Assembly (NCBI GenBank): GCA_026023565.1
Contig: JAPETS010000016.1
Location: forward strand, 310,001 to 374,000
Direction: 5' to 3'
DNA: 64,000 nucleotides
Source: Cirrosporium novae-zelandiae
Taxonomy: Eukaryota
This document shows, piece by piece, positions 25,383 through 37,500 of this stretch (position 1 is its first letter; each line of letters opens with the position of its first letter). A program made the position numbers and the translations under genes. The notes beneath the pieces are model-generated. The model saw only the letters and a list, made by a program, of their open reading frames with translations. It had not been told where the DNA came from and searched no databases.

Positions 25383-26716
25383 ACCTGCGATGACTTTGTA
25401 CTGACAACATCAATCTTGCTGGTTCTTGGTTTCCTGAACGGCATCTTATCTATCTCCTGCGTTGGTTGGATGGGACCAATGTTAATGAGCGGAAATGTTA
25501 GGATGATAAAGTTCATTCCACTTAATGCCCTTTCCGCGGCAAACGATGGGTGGTGTTACGTGGATTCATGTTTTGCATAATCCCGGCCACTCTATCGACC
25601 CTCTTCGGATCCCTACCTCGCCAACTCACGATTTAATCGTATTCAGAATTTTTCCACTGTTTGTACAGCATGGGTATACCCGCATATCGTGTTTTGAGCC
25701 TTCTTTTATTTCTCGAACTTTGTGAAACTCGTCATTCAGATGTTTGTACAGGAGGGAGTTCTGGTGGGAATTATTCTGGCGTTTTGGGAAGAGCTGCTGT
25801 TAGGCTTAGGCAGCAATGACTGCAACGAAGTCACCGGGGTCGAATGATAGGAAAAAGAAATGGCATCCTTGGCGCCAGGAGGGAAATGGACCAGGGTTTG
25901 ATCTTTCCACTTCTGTTGATAGAAAGCAAAGGCTATGCAATGCAATCAGCTAGCAATTGAATGCTGTGATATGAAAAAAAAAATATTGGAAAGAAGGTAT
26001 ATTGGCGTAGTTAAGATGTTGACGAGGTTAAATAATGGGGGGGGGAGGGGGGTGTGTGGTGAGTGAGTGGTGTTTTGAGGGATAAATGTGCTCATGTTAC
26101 GTAGTTTGGAGATAAGGAACAAATGTGGTCCGATGAGCAGTTCGCGGGTATGTATAGTATGGTTTACGGTTTTTATGCATAAAACGAGCGTGAGCCATCA
26201 AGTGACCACTCAAGAGCTGAGCAGATTGAAGACAATGTACTTGATATAGGGATTTATCTGTTTTGTTTTTCTTTTTGTTCATCTTCGAAGTATCCATGTT
26301 TTTTTATCAAATGTAACCCATTGGGGTGTGCCTTGGGTGCCCTGGGGGGTCTCCTGGAGGTATGGAAGCGGAACTCGGCAATGCTGGTTTCCAGATTTCC
26401 AATGCATTGGCTGCATAGAATCGCAATGAACCGGTACTTCTTTACGTCAGCCCCCTCAAGAAGCCGGAGACGTTTCGGTCATCTCGGTTTCGAGTTTCCA
26501 TCACAAGCAGATTTCATGCTGCCTTTTTTCCTTTGTCCTCTTTTGTCTTTTTTCTCCGTCCCGTCCATTGTTCTTTCTCTCCTAGCAGCATAGATACCAA
26601 CCACTCATTCAACTTTCATTTACAAGACTACTGATAAGCCTGTACTTGTAACTACAGGGAGATAAAAGGCGCATCTCCCGCAGTATGCCTTAAGTCGCTC
26701 TATCATTGTACCATCA

Positions 26717-28386
26717 ATGGCTTCAGAAACTGCTTCTACCAATGATCCCTTCAGGGATCCTTCTGCCGACCCTTCATTAGAAGACATCCATCATACCCCT
26801 TCGGTTGCGGAATCAACTCTCGCCGTAGGAAGAAATGCGTCGCTAACCCTTGGTACTAAAGAACTCATTGTCTTAGGTACATCATCTCCTCTTCGAACCT
26901 TTGTAGATTACGGATACTGATTTTCACCTAGACGAGGGTTTTGTTGATCAAGGGAATGGGCTTTGTTGTGGTCTCATTCCTGAACGTATGTGTACCGCAT
27001 ACCTCGACTTGACTATATTTCCTTATCGCTGAACAACCCATAGGCAACAAAACTACCAAAACCATTCCTTTTTTCAATATTTTATGGGCAGAGCTCTCGA
27101 ATTTTGACATTATCATTCATTATGCAAAGCCTATTGCAAAAGACAAAGTTCGAGTCGCATATATTACTTACAATGTGGAGAAGACGGAACGATCTAAAGT
27201 GACTGAATGGACCGCGAAGCTGCTCAATCGTGCATACGGAAAATCTCAGAGGCAAAAGAGGGTAAAAGTCCTAGTCAATCCTTTTGGTGGCAAAGGGCAG
27301 GCACAAAAGACATTTATTCGTGACGTTGAACCGATTCTAGCCGCTGCGCGTTGCTTGATCGATGTCGAAAGGACCAAGTTTCAAGGACATGCGGTTGAAA
27401 TTGCCGAAAACCTCGACTACAATGCATTTGATGTCATTGCTAGTGCTTCTGGTGATGGCTTACCGCATGAAGTATTTAATGGCCTTGGCCGAAAGCCAGA
27501 CGCAATCAAAGCGCTGCAGAAAGTTGCTGTGGTACAGCTCCCGTGTGGAAGCGGCAATGCCATGTGTGGCAACCTGAATGGCACTAGTAGTCCTACCATG
27601 GCAGCATTATGCCTTGTGAAAGGTTTGCGAACACCACTGGACTTGGTTTCCATTACACAAGGAGGTCGGCGCACTCTTTCCTTTCTATCACAATCAGTTG
27701 GTATTATCGCAGAGAGCGACTTGGCAACAGAACATTTGAGATGGATGGGTGCTGCGCGGTTCACTTATGGGTTTCTAATCCGGCTAATCCGGAAGCAACT
27801 CTACCCCTGTGATCTTGCCGTCAAAGTAGAAGTTGAGGACAAGGCAACTATCCGGAAACACTACCACCGCGAACTCACTAGTCATTCGGATGAAAATGCA
27901 AGACGAGGAGACTTTATTAATACGGAAACAGTAGGCCTCCCCCCTCTTAAATATGGAACTGAAACGGACGAGCTGCCTGGTGATTGGGAAGTTGTTTCAT
28001 ATGACACCATGGGCAATTTCTATGCCGGGAACATGGCATACATGTCCACAGGCGCGAACTTCTTTCCAGCGAGCCTTCCAGATGATGGCTGCATGGATTT
28101 AGTCAACATTGACGGTGACGTCAGCCGTACGGCTGCTCTTCAGTGCATGTTTGCCGTTGACAAGCTGCATGGGGAGTTCTTTGATTTGCCCCAAGTCAAG
28201 TATAGGAAGGTCACCGCATATCGAATTACACCAAAGCGTCAGAGAGATGGATATATTAGTATTGATGGTGAGAAAATCCCATTCGAACCATTCCAGGCAG
28301 AGGTGCATAGAGGCCTGGGAACCGTGCTGTCGAGGACCGGTAGAGTGTACGAGGCTCCCGGTGTAACATATAACTACGTGGGATGA
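26717..28386 (+). CDS. LCB4: Sphingoid long-chain base kinase (Lcb4/Lcb5 family), 3 exons
   Basis: DAGK-type motifs VNPFGGKG, SGDGLPHEVFNGL, PCGSGNA, LRWMGAARF and ISIDGE. Confidence 0.9.
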
Positions 28387-28959
28387 GAAGATACGAGAGT
28401 ACAAGTGAAAGAAGAGGAATAACAAGAGCCTCCTTCATAGATGTTTCCTTTTTTTTGTGTTACTAAAGTTGCATTGATACCAGGGATTTTGGCGTTCTTT
28501 TTGGGCGGCGAGACTTGTGAGAATGTTCGAGTTCGAGACTCACGGGCCCAGGGGGTCAAGGGTTGTATCACGACGTGACGCTACATTTCCTCCTACATCA
28601 GCATTTATGTTCCGTCACTTTGTCAATGCTACCCTTGGCTCTAGGGCGGGTATGTATGTGTGGTGTGTGTGATGAGTGGGCCAGAATTGGAATAGAACTA
28701 CTCAAATCGTAGGCTGATAAGACTTATCTAGAAGGTTGCTGGAAAGGGGGCAACTAGTGTGTGTACGAGAAGGGCTATCATCGAGGTTATTCATATATTT
28801 GTGTCCCAAAGAAGATTTATGTAGTTCTAAGAATATAAACTTTTTGATACTATAATATATATGGGAGGGAGTCCGATCCCTGAACGCAGTTCCAACGCCT
28901 CTCTCTACATCTAATTAACGAATCAGATAATACCTTTTTGTTTTTTTGTTTTTCTTTTT

Positions 28960-30367
28960 TCAATCTTCTATTCCCTCCCACCCATCATCATCATCACCCC
29001 CATCGGCTTCACCGTCCCCACCTTTTTCGTCGTCCTCCCCCCTTCGTAATTTCTTCAACCGTTCATCCTCCAGGATCTCCTTAGCCTTCTTCCGAAGCAC
29101 CTTGCTCCATCCTCTTTTCTCTAACCTGCGTATCGGTTCTAATAGTCTTTCCACGGGCATGCCCTCCCCGTCATCACTTTCCGAAACCCCGGTCATTTCA
29201 TCTACATATACATCTAATACGTGATACCGGACCCCATCTGGCGTCTTAACCCTTGTTTCTGCATCCACATTCTCTTCTTCGCCCTCATCCACATCCTCCT
29301 CGCGCCCCGTACTCAGCGGCGATTTCTCCATAAGTTCTACCCATTTATCCACACCCACAGCCTCATCGTGCGCTTTCCATCCCTCTTTGGCTAGATATGC
29401 GATCGAGGCTCTGAACATCTGCCGCGCGAAGAGGAGGTATTTGGCTAGGCGGTGGCGGTCGAGGTTGGGGTATTCGCGGTTGAAGGTTGTCCAGAATGTG
29501 GAGAGGAAAGGGAGGAAGAGGGGTGGGGGGACGCAGAGGAAGAGCGTGTTTGAGAGGTGGGTTGTTAGGCGTTGGGCGGGGAGGAAGGGAGGGGTGTGGT
29601 AGAGACCTGTTTGGTGGTGGTGGAGGTAGTTAGCTTGCTTGTTTGTTTGCTTGGTTAGGTGGGTGGGTGGGATGCGAAACGTACAGTAGAAGAGAGATTT
29701 TTGAATTTTGAGAAGGTCTAGTGTGCTGAAGGTTGTGTTGTGTTGGGTTGTGAGGTAGAGGGTTATAGATTGGAGCGCCTTTTCACGCTCTTTGGTATCT
29801 GTTGGTTTTTCATGTTAGCATTTGTTTTGTATGCGTTGTTGAAACAGTTATGCGGTTGGGGAAATGGCAAAGAATTGAGCGCGGCGCATTTACATCCGGG
29901 TCCGAAAAGCCAGTATGAGAGCGGTAGAGTGGGGGATGGAAATGTTCAGCAGTTTAGCAGCTCTCTCGTTTTGCTTTACATGTCTTGCCCCATTCCTGTA
30001 TGGAAGTTCATAGAGGGGGGTGGAGGTGGGGGGAACATGTATCTAGAAAGGTAGATATGAAATTTTGAACATCGCGGCTGGCAATTGAGCTTTACTCTCT
30101 TCCACCTGAGTATTATCTTCAGAACTTAAAGACAAGGTGGCTCTCAAGTTATCTCAAGCTATCTTAATACCCTGGTGGAAAACAACTATCATAAGCAACC
30201 ACATTGGGAGTTAGATAAAGACTTGGGTGCATTATTATCGAGCGCCGAGAAAATAAATCACCAACCGCACCCGCATCACACACTGCATCAATATAAGGAA
30301 TAGTGAAAACCGTACCACTTGAGACAAGCTGTTTCGCAAAAGGGGACTTGGACACATCGGAGGCCAT
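28960..30367 (-). CDS. RRP1: rRNA processing protein Rrp1/Nop52, with a 517-nt first intron
   Basis: Spliced N-terminus PFAKQLVSSDTKEREKAL, LDLLKIQKSLFYC, FWTTFNREYPNLDRHRLAKYL and PDGVRYHVLDVYVDE fit the Nop52 domain. Confidence 0.82.
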
Positions 30368-31632
30368 TTTTTCCCTTGAAATGAAAAGCCCTCAAGGAAA
30401 GGCCTTTCGTGCTGCTGTTGCTTGCTATTCAAAGAAAATATTTTTTCTTTTCCGAGGATGTCGGGCCGGGCCTTTTGAGGGAATAGACGCCGCGATTGAA
30501 TATGTCTTGGGGTCGCTCGGACTTTGGCTAAAAGGACGTTGTAATAGGCTCTTGCGATGGAATAATGGACGATCTCTTTTCCGACAGGCTGTGATCTGTG
30601 CCCCCCTGTCTTATTATAGAGCTTGGATGAAGCGTCCAACTGAAGCTCTTGACGTGACTTTGGGACGTGTGGGATTCACTGGATGCAAAAGTCAAAGTAG
30701 ATTAAAACTTTGGGGTATTATTCTTTGAGACGCTTTCTTTGGCTAACCCTACACTCTACTGTTTATTTAATTCTTAAATTACTAGGTAACTGTCAGGGAG
30801 CCTCAGGTCATGGAAATGCCTAAGGTTCTGACTGGTGATATGTAGATTGGATGATGTCCTAGACTAGGGTGGAGGGTCTATGCCCTAATGGCCTAACCTA
30901 ATAGGGAATCGTAACAGTAACTAAACCATTCTTCAAGCCTTTAAATTAATCCAAATAAAAAATGCAAAATAATGGGTTGCACATTCCATAATAAAAAGAA
31001 CCCCCTCATTGAAATCATAAATTGCACTAGCTTAATAAATATGTTACATAGCATTGATTGGCTTATTACGCGAAATATTAGCCCCCTTTATTTAAAATAA
31101 TTGCTTTTTAAATATTTTTTATATATTCCTTCACCGTTAATTATTTTCTCCTAATAATTTCAGGTATTTAATCAATAAAAACCGCTATTGGTGCATTGAT
31201 TATTCCCTAGACCAAGATTCAATTATCAAGCCTTCGCATGAACTTAGGTGCACCATTAATACTTTGAAGTTCAGGCCACAATTTCGGCTAGTGAGGTCGG
31301 AATTAGGTACCTTGACAACAAAGCCTTAGGGCCTTCAACATCAGCTTCGTTTAAGCTTTTGGCTTTTCTTACCCTCAAATCATACACACATCATACCCCC
31401 AATGACCCCTTGTGATATACTAACCACGACAACTCGAACGTGAATTTAAAGTGTAAATATTTTTGGCATATTGCATTAATTCAAACACAAAGCCTCGGAA
31501 ATTTAAAATCGGTTACGATTATATTCACTTTAAAATCCAATGAATTTTAAGTTTGTTTTGATTTAAATTTTTTTTAAATCAACGTGCTTGACTTGAATAA
31601 TTTTTTTCTTTCTGAGAAATCAATTTTACATA

Positions 31633-33417
31633 ATGTCATCGCCGGTTTCCACTCAATTTACTGCCGGGACTTCTGCTCAAGTCGTTAACGGTTTCACTTC
31701 GCAAAATAACTTGGTAAGTTTTTCTTTTTCATTAATATTGAGATACTTTCCTTTATTATATGCTTCTTCGAACAATTTACTACTCGTAATGAATTTATTA
31801 TACAACTTTGCTTTAAAGGCATTATATATTGATAGGTGCATACTTTACATTTAAACGATATAAAAGGCATTGCTAATGAGTGAGTAATTAAATGTTATCA
31901 GATTATAATCGACTCGGATTCTAACTCGGATTCCGATTTAGATTCCGAAACCAAGAATGTTTCCTTTCATGCTATCCCATCAACTACTAGGGCACAGCCA
32001 ACTGCCATTTTGCCGGAGAAGAATTCGCAGAATATTCCTCAAGATTTGAGGCCAAATTCAGCTTTAATTCTAAGTGATGCAGCCAAGGTACGAAGCCCTT
32101 TATATATCTAATACGTGTTGGTTAGGTGTTGCAAAAAAAAAGGTAAATAAAAAAGTAAGCTAACTAGATGTGGCGTCATAGAAAGCACCTCTGCCAAGAG
32201 TCACGCGATTAGTGAGGTACGATATTATTTTTTCACTATCTATTGCTCAAAGCATTTACTCACTCAATTAAAGCCTTGATGTTAACAAGTCTCCCGTGGT
32301 TCTTTCTGCTAGTCGCAACGCAACCAAGGAATCATTCAATGTAAGCAGCGGGACCGAAACGGAAAGCTCAGGTCAGACTTCAATATCAAAACGTAAACGT
32401 TCAGCAGAACCACAACACCATGCTGGCCAACGTGCTGTTAGACCCAACTTTTTCTCTACACAGAATAAAAGAAATAGCCTTCACCCCAAGCTTCTGGACC
32501 CTATCGCAAAGAAAACGCGAAAGCTCTTCGACAAGAAATTAGCAGATATCAAAGGTCCGCCTGTGACACTGGTGAATGATATTGACAATGAGACTCCTCC
32601 CCTTGATTTTGTCTTTATCGACAAATGCGTGATTCGTGAAGGTGTTGAAGTTGCAGGCCCGGAGTACATGACTGGATGCGAGTGCAGACCCGACAATGGA
32701 AGACACATGGGGTGTGAATACACAAAATGTGGTTGCTTAGCTGATGCGGCGATAAACCCTGAAACGGGCAAGAAGCCATTCCCATATTTTGCAACGACCG
32801 CCCAGAGACCCCAGGCGCTAAGGCTCTTCTACCTCGACTCTCCGTTTGCAATCTTCGAATGCAACCATCTCTGCAGTTGTCTGGAAAATTGCAAAAATAG
32901 AAATGTGCAGCATGGACGTAAAGTCCCATTGGAGATCTTTAGAACAAAAACTAGAGGATGGGGCCTTCGCTGCACTGTCCCTTTGATCAGAGGGCAGTTT
33001 ATTGACACATATCGAGGTGAGATAATCACCAACGAGGAGGCAACCAATAGAGCAGAAAACTCTGCCCCAGAGAAAGATTGCTACCTCTACGATCTTGATA
33101 AGTTTCAAGATCATTTACCTGAAGATGAGCCTCTGTATTGTGTCGATGGTCAGTTCATGGGGGGACCAACCCGGTTTATCAACCACTCGTGTGATCCAAA
33201 TTGCCGGCAGTTCGCCGTGTTGTACAACCATGCGGATATGAAGGTATATGATTTAGCCTTTTTTGCCCTTGAAGACATACCGGCCAATACAGAACTCACG
33301 TTTGACTATATCGGAAGAGATGTTAGTGAGGAAGAAGCGGCTATATCGGAAGAAGCGGGGAAGAAATTCGAATGTCGTTGTGGGTCGGATAATTGTCGAG
33401 GCTTTCTATGGCTGTGA
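31633..33417 (+). CDS. dim-5: Histone H3K9 methyltransferase, DIM-5/Clr4 (ClrD) type, 4 exons
   Basis: Cys-rich pre-SET (GCEC..CGC..FECNHLCSC..CKNR), SET (RGWGL, RFINHSCDPN, ELTFDY) and post-SET CRCGSDNCRGFLW. Three short upstream exons splice in frame. Confidence 0.88.
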
Positions 33418-34569
33418 ATACGTTGTAGGAAATGAAAGATATCTGTAAAAGGGGTTTAGGAGAGGGTTTTTGCGGTGTTCAGGTATGGGTTTCGTGTCAG
33501 TTGGTGTTGTTTTTGTTAGGCGATGACGGAAAGCGTATTGTAGTGCTTGCGGCATACTACGAGATACCACATCGGGCACGTCGGTTATGGCGGTGTATTG
33601 TCCATGTATTTAGGATCTACGCGTGTGTAAATAAACATTCGGGGTCTCCATAAGAGTTTCAAGTACTGTTTTTGGAGTTGGTGTCCTTACCCACAACATA
33701 ATTACATGAAAGATGGCGAGTATAGTCTGGTATCATAACTAAGCCACAGTTTCTGAAAAAACAAAGATCCAAAAAGTTAAACTAATAGTAACTAAGCCTT
33801 GCCATAAAAAAAAATTAAGGATACCGTTTAGAATAAGGTAGTTAGTCTAAGGTCTTGGAATAATTGCTTTTGATTGATAATAACTGATGTCCCTTTTACC
33901 TTAGTTGGAACTTGAGAGTGCATGATAGTCGTTGTCTCACCTTATGGGAAAGGAATAAAGTTATGTCGCATGTGATTTGACTGATTGCCGATGGTTCTGG
34001 GGTTTTTATTCTTGCTGGGGGGAAGGTCTGTCTGCTGGGGGGGCTGCTGGGGGGTCCAAGGGCCTGAATGGGCCTAACCTTGCTAACCACGGGCTGACGA
34101 AAATAGTAGTACGCGGCTTAACTAGTGTAAACTTGGGCTACCACGGGGATTATCCCGGAGAGAAAGAGGTTTGAGCTGCTACAGGGCAGAACTAAGGAGG
34201 TTGTTGGAAGCTGATGTTAGTATCTGTTTAGTCCTTTACAAGACTAAAGTAATACGACAATTGCAACGAAGCCACCTTTCCATCAACATAATTAATTTCT
34301 CTTTTGGGTCTTGCTGGACAGGTTAGCTGTGGCTCCCAAGTAACGGATTGGTCAACAAATCGATACTGACGACCCAATCATTTTTATCAGAGCTCAACGG
34401 CTTGTCCTATTTCTTTTCCCTTTTGACCGTCCTTACTTCTTCTCAACGAGACAACGATGCGATTTGGATTGAGGTAGGAAATCCATGACGAGAATTGAAA
34501 CATCTGGTCGGAGGGACCATTTCAGAAAATTGAGAATCTTGGTCGGTGGCGGACCGCTTATTGCATACA

Positions 34570-37500
34570 ATGGACTCAAGAGATCACGATCCCCAAGATC
34601 AAAATACGACACAATCTATTCCTTTACGTGACCTTTCCAATAGAGCTGGGGATTCTACAGATAACACCGATGACTCACCACATCTCGGAAGGAGCCTTAC
34701 CAGTAGAGCGCGTGCTCGGTGGAGTGGAAGTCGGCGCTCGGTAGGAAGAAAAGTGTCCCTGGGAGGAGGGTACGAGAGGTTAACGGAAAGCTCTCCGAAT
34801 CCGAACGACGATGATGCATTACGCCCTCAGACATATATCACAACATCCTCGGGGAATTATCATGCGCCTGGAGTCGAAGATGTGGACGACCCTCTTACGG
34901 ACCCCAGTGGTTTCCAGGAAGCAGTTGGATCTGTTGGGCTCAGTTTCAACCCAGGCGCACGTGGTGTATCCCGTTCTCATAGTACTTCACCCATGCAAAG
35001 TCCATCCGCGTTGGGAATCATAACAGAAGGGGGGGATACTCTAAGATCTGCAACGGCGTCGAGGAATGTCGACCGAGAAGGTGGTGGTTATCTTTCGCCG
35101 ATTGATAGTGATACAACCCCTCTGACGACCCCTCGTCATCTACAACCGATAAGTGGAAAGGGAAGCATTTCGGCAAGGTCCAGCTTCCAGAGTGTCCACT
35201 TCGATGATGCGCTCCCCGCCCGTTCCCCCCGCTCCCCCCGCTCTCCTGGTGCTCGCCTCGGCGATGATTTGGCAAACATGGAAGCTGGAGTGGGTACACC
35301 GACTCGCCGTTCTAGGTCACTATCACCATCAGCATCGCCGCTCTCGCGGGCAGGAACCGTAATGAGGAACATGTCCCAGCGAGTTGTCAATCTGAGTAAT
35401 GAACCAGAAGTTGTTGAGTCAACTCTCGGACATAAATCGTCACTTAAGCAACAAGCTCGATTGGAAGGGCCGCCGTCATTTCCCGAGCTAGTCGAATATC
35501 CCCCTCCACAAGAGCCTGTTCGGGTACCATCCATTGAGAAAATACCTTCATTCTCTTCTACGAGGAGGAGAGAAAGAGATACAAATCCATTAAAAGGAAA
35601 GTCTTTGGGAATTTTCCCTCCTGATAACCCCCTTCGCTTAAAACTTTGCGATATTTTAACCCATCCAGCGACAGAACCCATGATTCTCATGCTCATTATC
35701 ATACAAACTATATTCCTTATTATTCAGACAGCACCGTCTGTGTTCGACGGAGATGGAAATGAGACCAGGTCAGGTCGCCAGTGGGGTGCTGGGTGGATCG
35801 ATTATGGAATTTTTAGTCTCTTTGTGGTCTATTCACTCGAAATCATCGCCCGAGTGATCGTGTCAGGCTTCATTATCAATCCTGCCGAATACAGTACAAT
35901 TGACAGGGCTCTCGGATTTAGACGCGCAGTGCTTGAAAAAGGAAAGGATCTATTTGCCCTTCAGCGGAAACCTTCGGTCAAACGGACGGGCTCTGATATC
36001 GATACCTTTCAACCAACGATCCTGACCTCGTTCACAGGGCTGCAGACCGAAGAAGAGATCATTGCAGACCACAGCCGGCGGCAGCAACGAATGCGCTTGG
36101 CAAGGCGTGCATTCCTCCGGCATTCGTTTAATCGTCTTGATTTTGTCGCTGTCGTCTCGTATTGGATTGCCTTTGGTCTTCAGATTTCTCAAATTGTTGG
36201 TATCCAACGCATCTATGTCTTCGAAATGATGAGCTGTTTGCGTATTATCCGTCTTCTTGGGATCACCAGCGGTACTTCGGTAAGCAAGGCTTCTTCAAAA
36301 TAATAATCTCTTACTTACACTGGTAGGTTATCCTCCGGAGCTTAAAGAAGGCTGCGCCGCTACTAGCGAACGTTGCTTTTTTGATAAGCTTTTTCTGGTT
36401 ATTGTTCGCCATCATCGGTGTACAGAGTTTCAAGTCTAGTTTCCGACGAACTTGCGTGTGGATTGGTGCTACAGAACAAGATGATTTCCCCCTGAACAAT
36501 GCTCCGGACACCATTCAATTTTGCGGGGGCTATTTAAATAGCACCACCGGTAAAGCATGGCCATGGCTTAATAGTGATCATAGCAATGGTACCACATCCT
36601 CCAAAGGATATCTATGCCCACAAGGATCAATCTGCATAGAACAGCGTCACAACATCTACAACAACACTGTTAGCTTTGACAATATATTCCAGTCCTTGGA
36701 GTTGGTGTTTGTTGTTATGACTTCAAACACGTTCTCAGATCTGCTGTATTACCTGGCAGACAGTGATTATTTAACCTCTGCACTTTTCTTTGCTGCTGGC
36801 GTCGTCGTCATGACCTTTTGGTTGATTAACTTGCTTATCGCCGTTATTACTTCTTCGTTTCAAATAATCCGCGAAGAGAGTCAAACAAGTGCCTTTACAG
36901 GTGGTATCAAGTAAGTTTGCAGAATACAGCTCATGGAGAGTTTCCGGCCTAATATACCTCGTGTAGGGAGTTGAACGATGATGACGCAGGCGATCGAATG
37001 CGTGTTAGTTTCATAAAGAGGGCTTATGATAAGACATTTTCATTATGGATCACAATTATTATATATGATCTTGTCACTCAGTGTCTTCGCAGTGCTACCA
37101 TGGAGCAGAGCACTGAGATCTTTATTGGTTAGTCCTAGTTGGCACTCCTGTATGGAAGTCCTATGGTTACTGATTCCTTGCAGAGAATAGCGAAACTGTG
37201 GTCACTTTAATTCTACTCTTTGAAATAATATTCCGATTTAGCTCAGATTGGAGAGGCTTTTTCAAACACAGGCAGAATTGGATCGATTTTATACTAGCTA
37301 TCATTACCACGATGATGCAGATTCCTGTCATACATAGATCTGGCCAGCCATATGCATGGCTAACGATTTTTCAGATCGCTAGGTTTTACCGCATCGTCCT
37401 TGCATTCCCTGTTACCCGAGACCTCCTAGTAAGCCTCGTCTACTGACTGCTTTTCTTCGGCTGCTAACAGGTACTTTAGATGGTGGTATTCGGTAACGCT

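Noticed and set aside
29985..30002. ACAGGAATGGGGC on the minus strand, resembling RNase MRP CR-V
   Set aside because: It lacks the following CUYA and I found no matching GARAGUCCCC CR-I partner.
34485..34631. Out-of-frame upstream ORF overlapping the CCH1 start
   Set aside because: The transcript start is unknown and a possible 5'UTR intron donor near 34473 could remove the ATG, so it cannot be supported.
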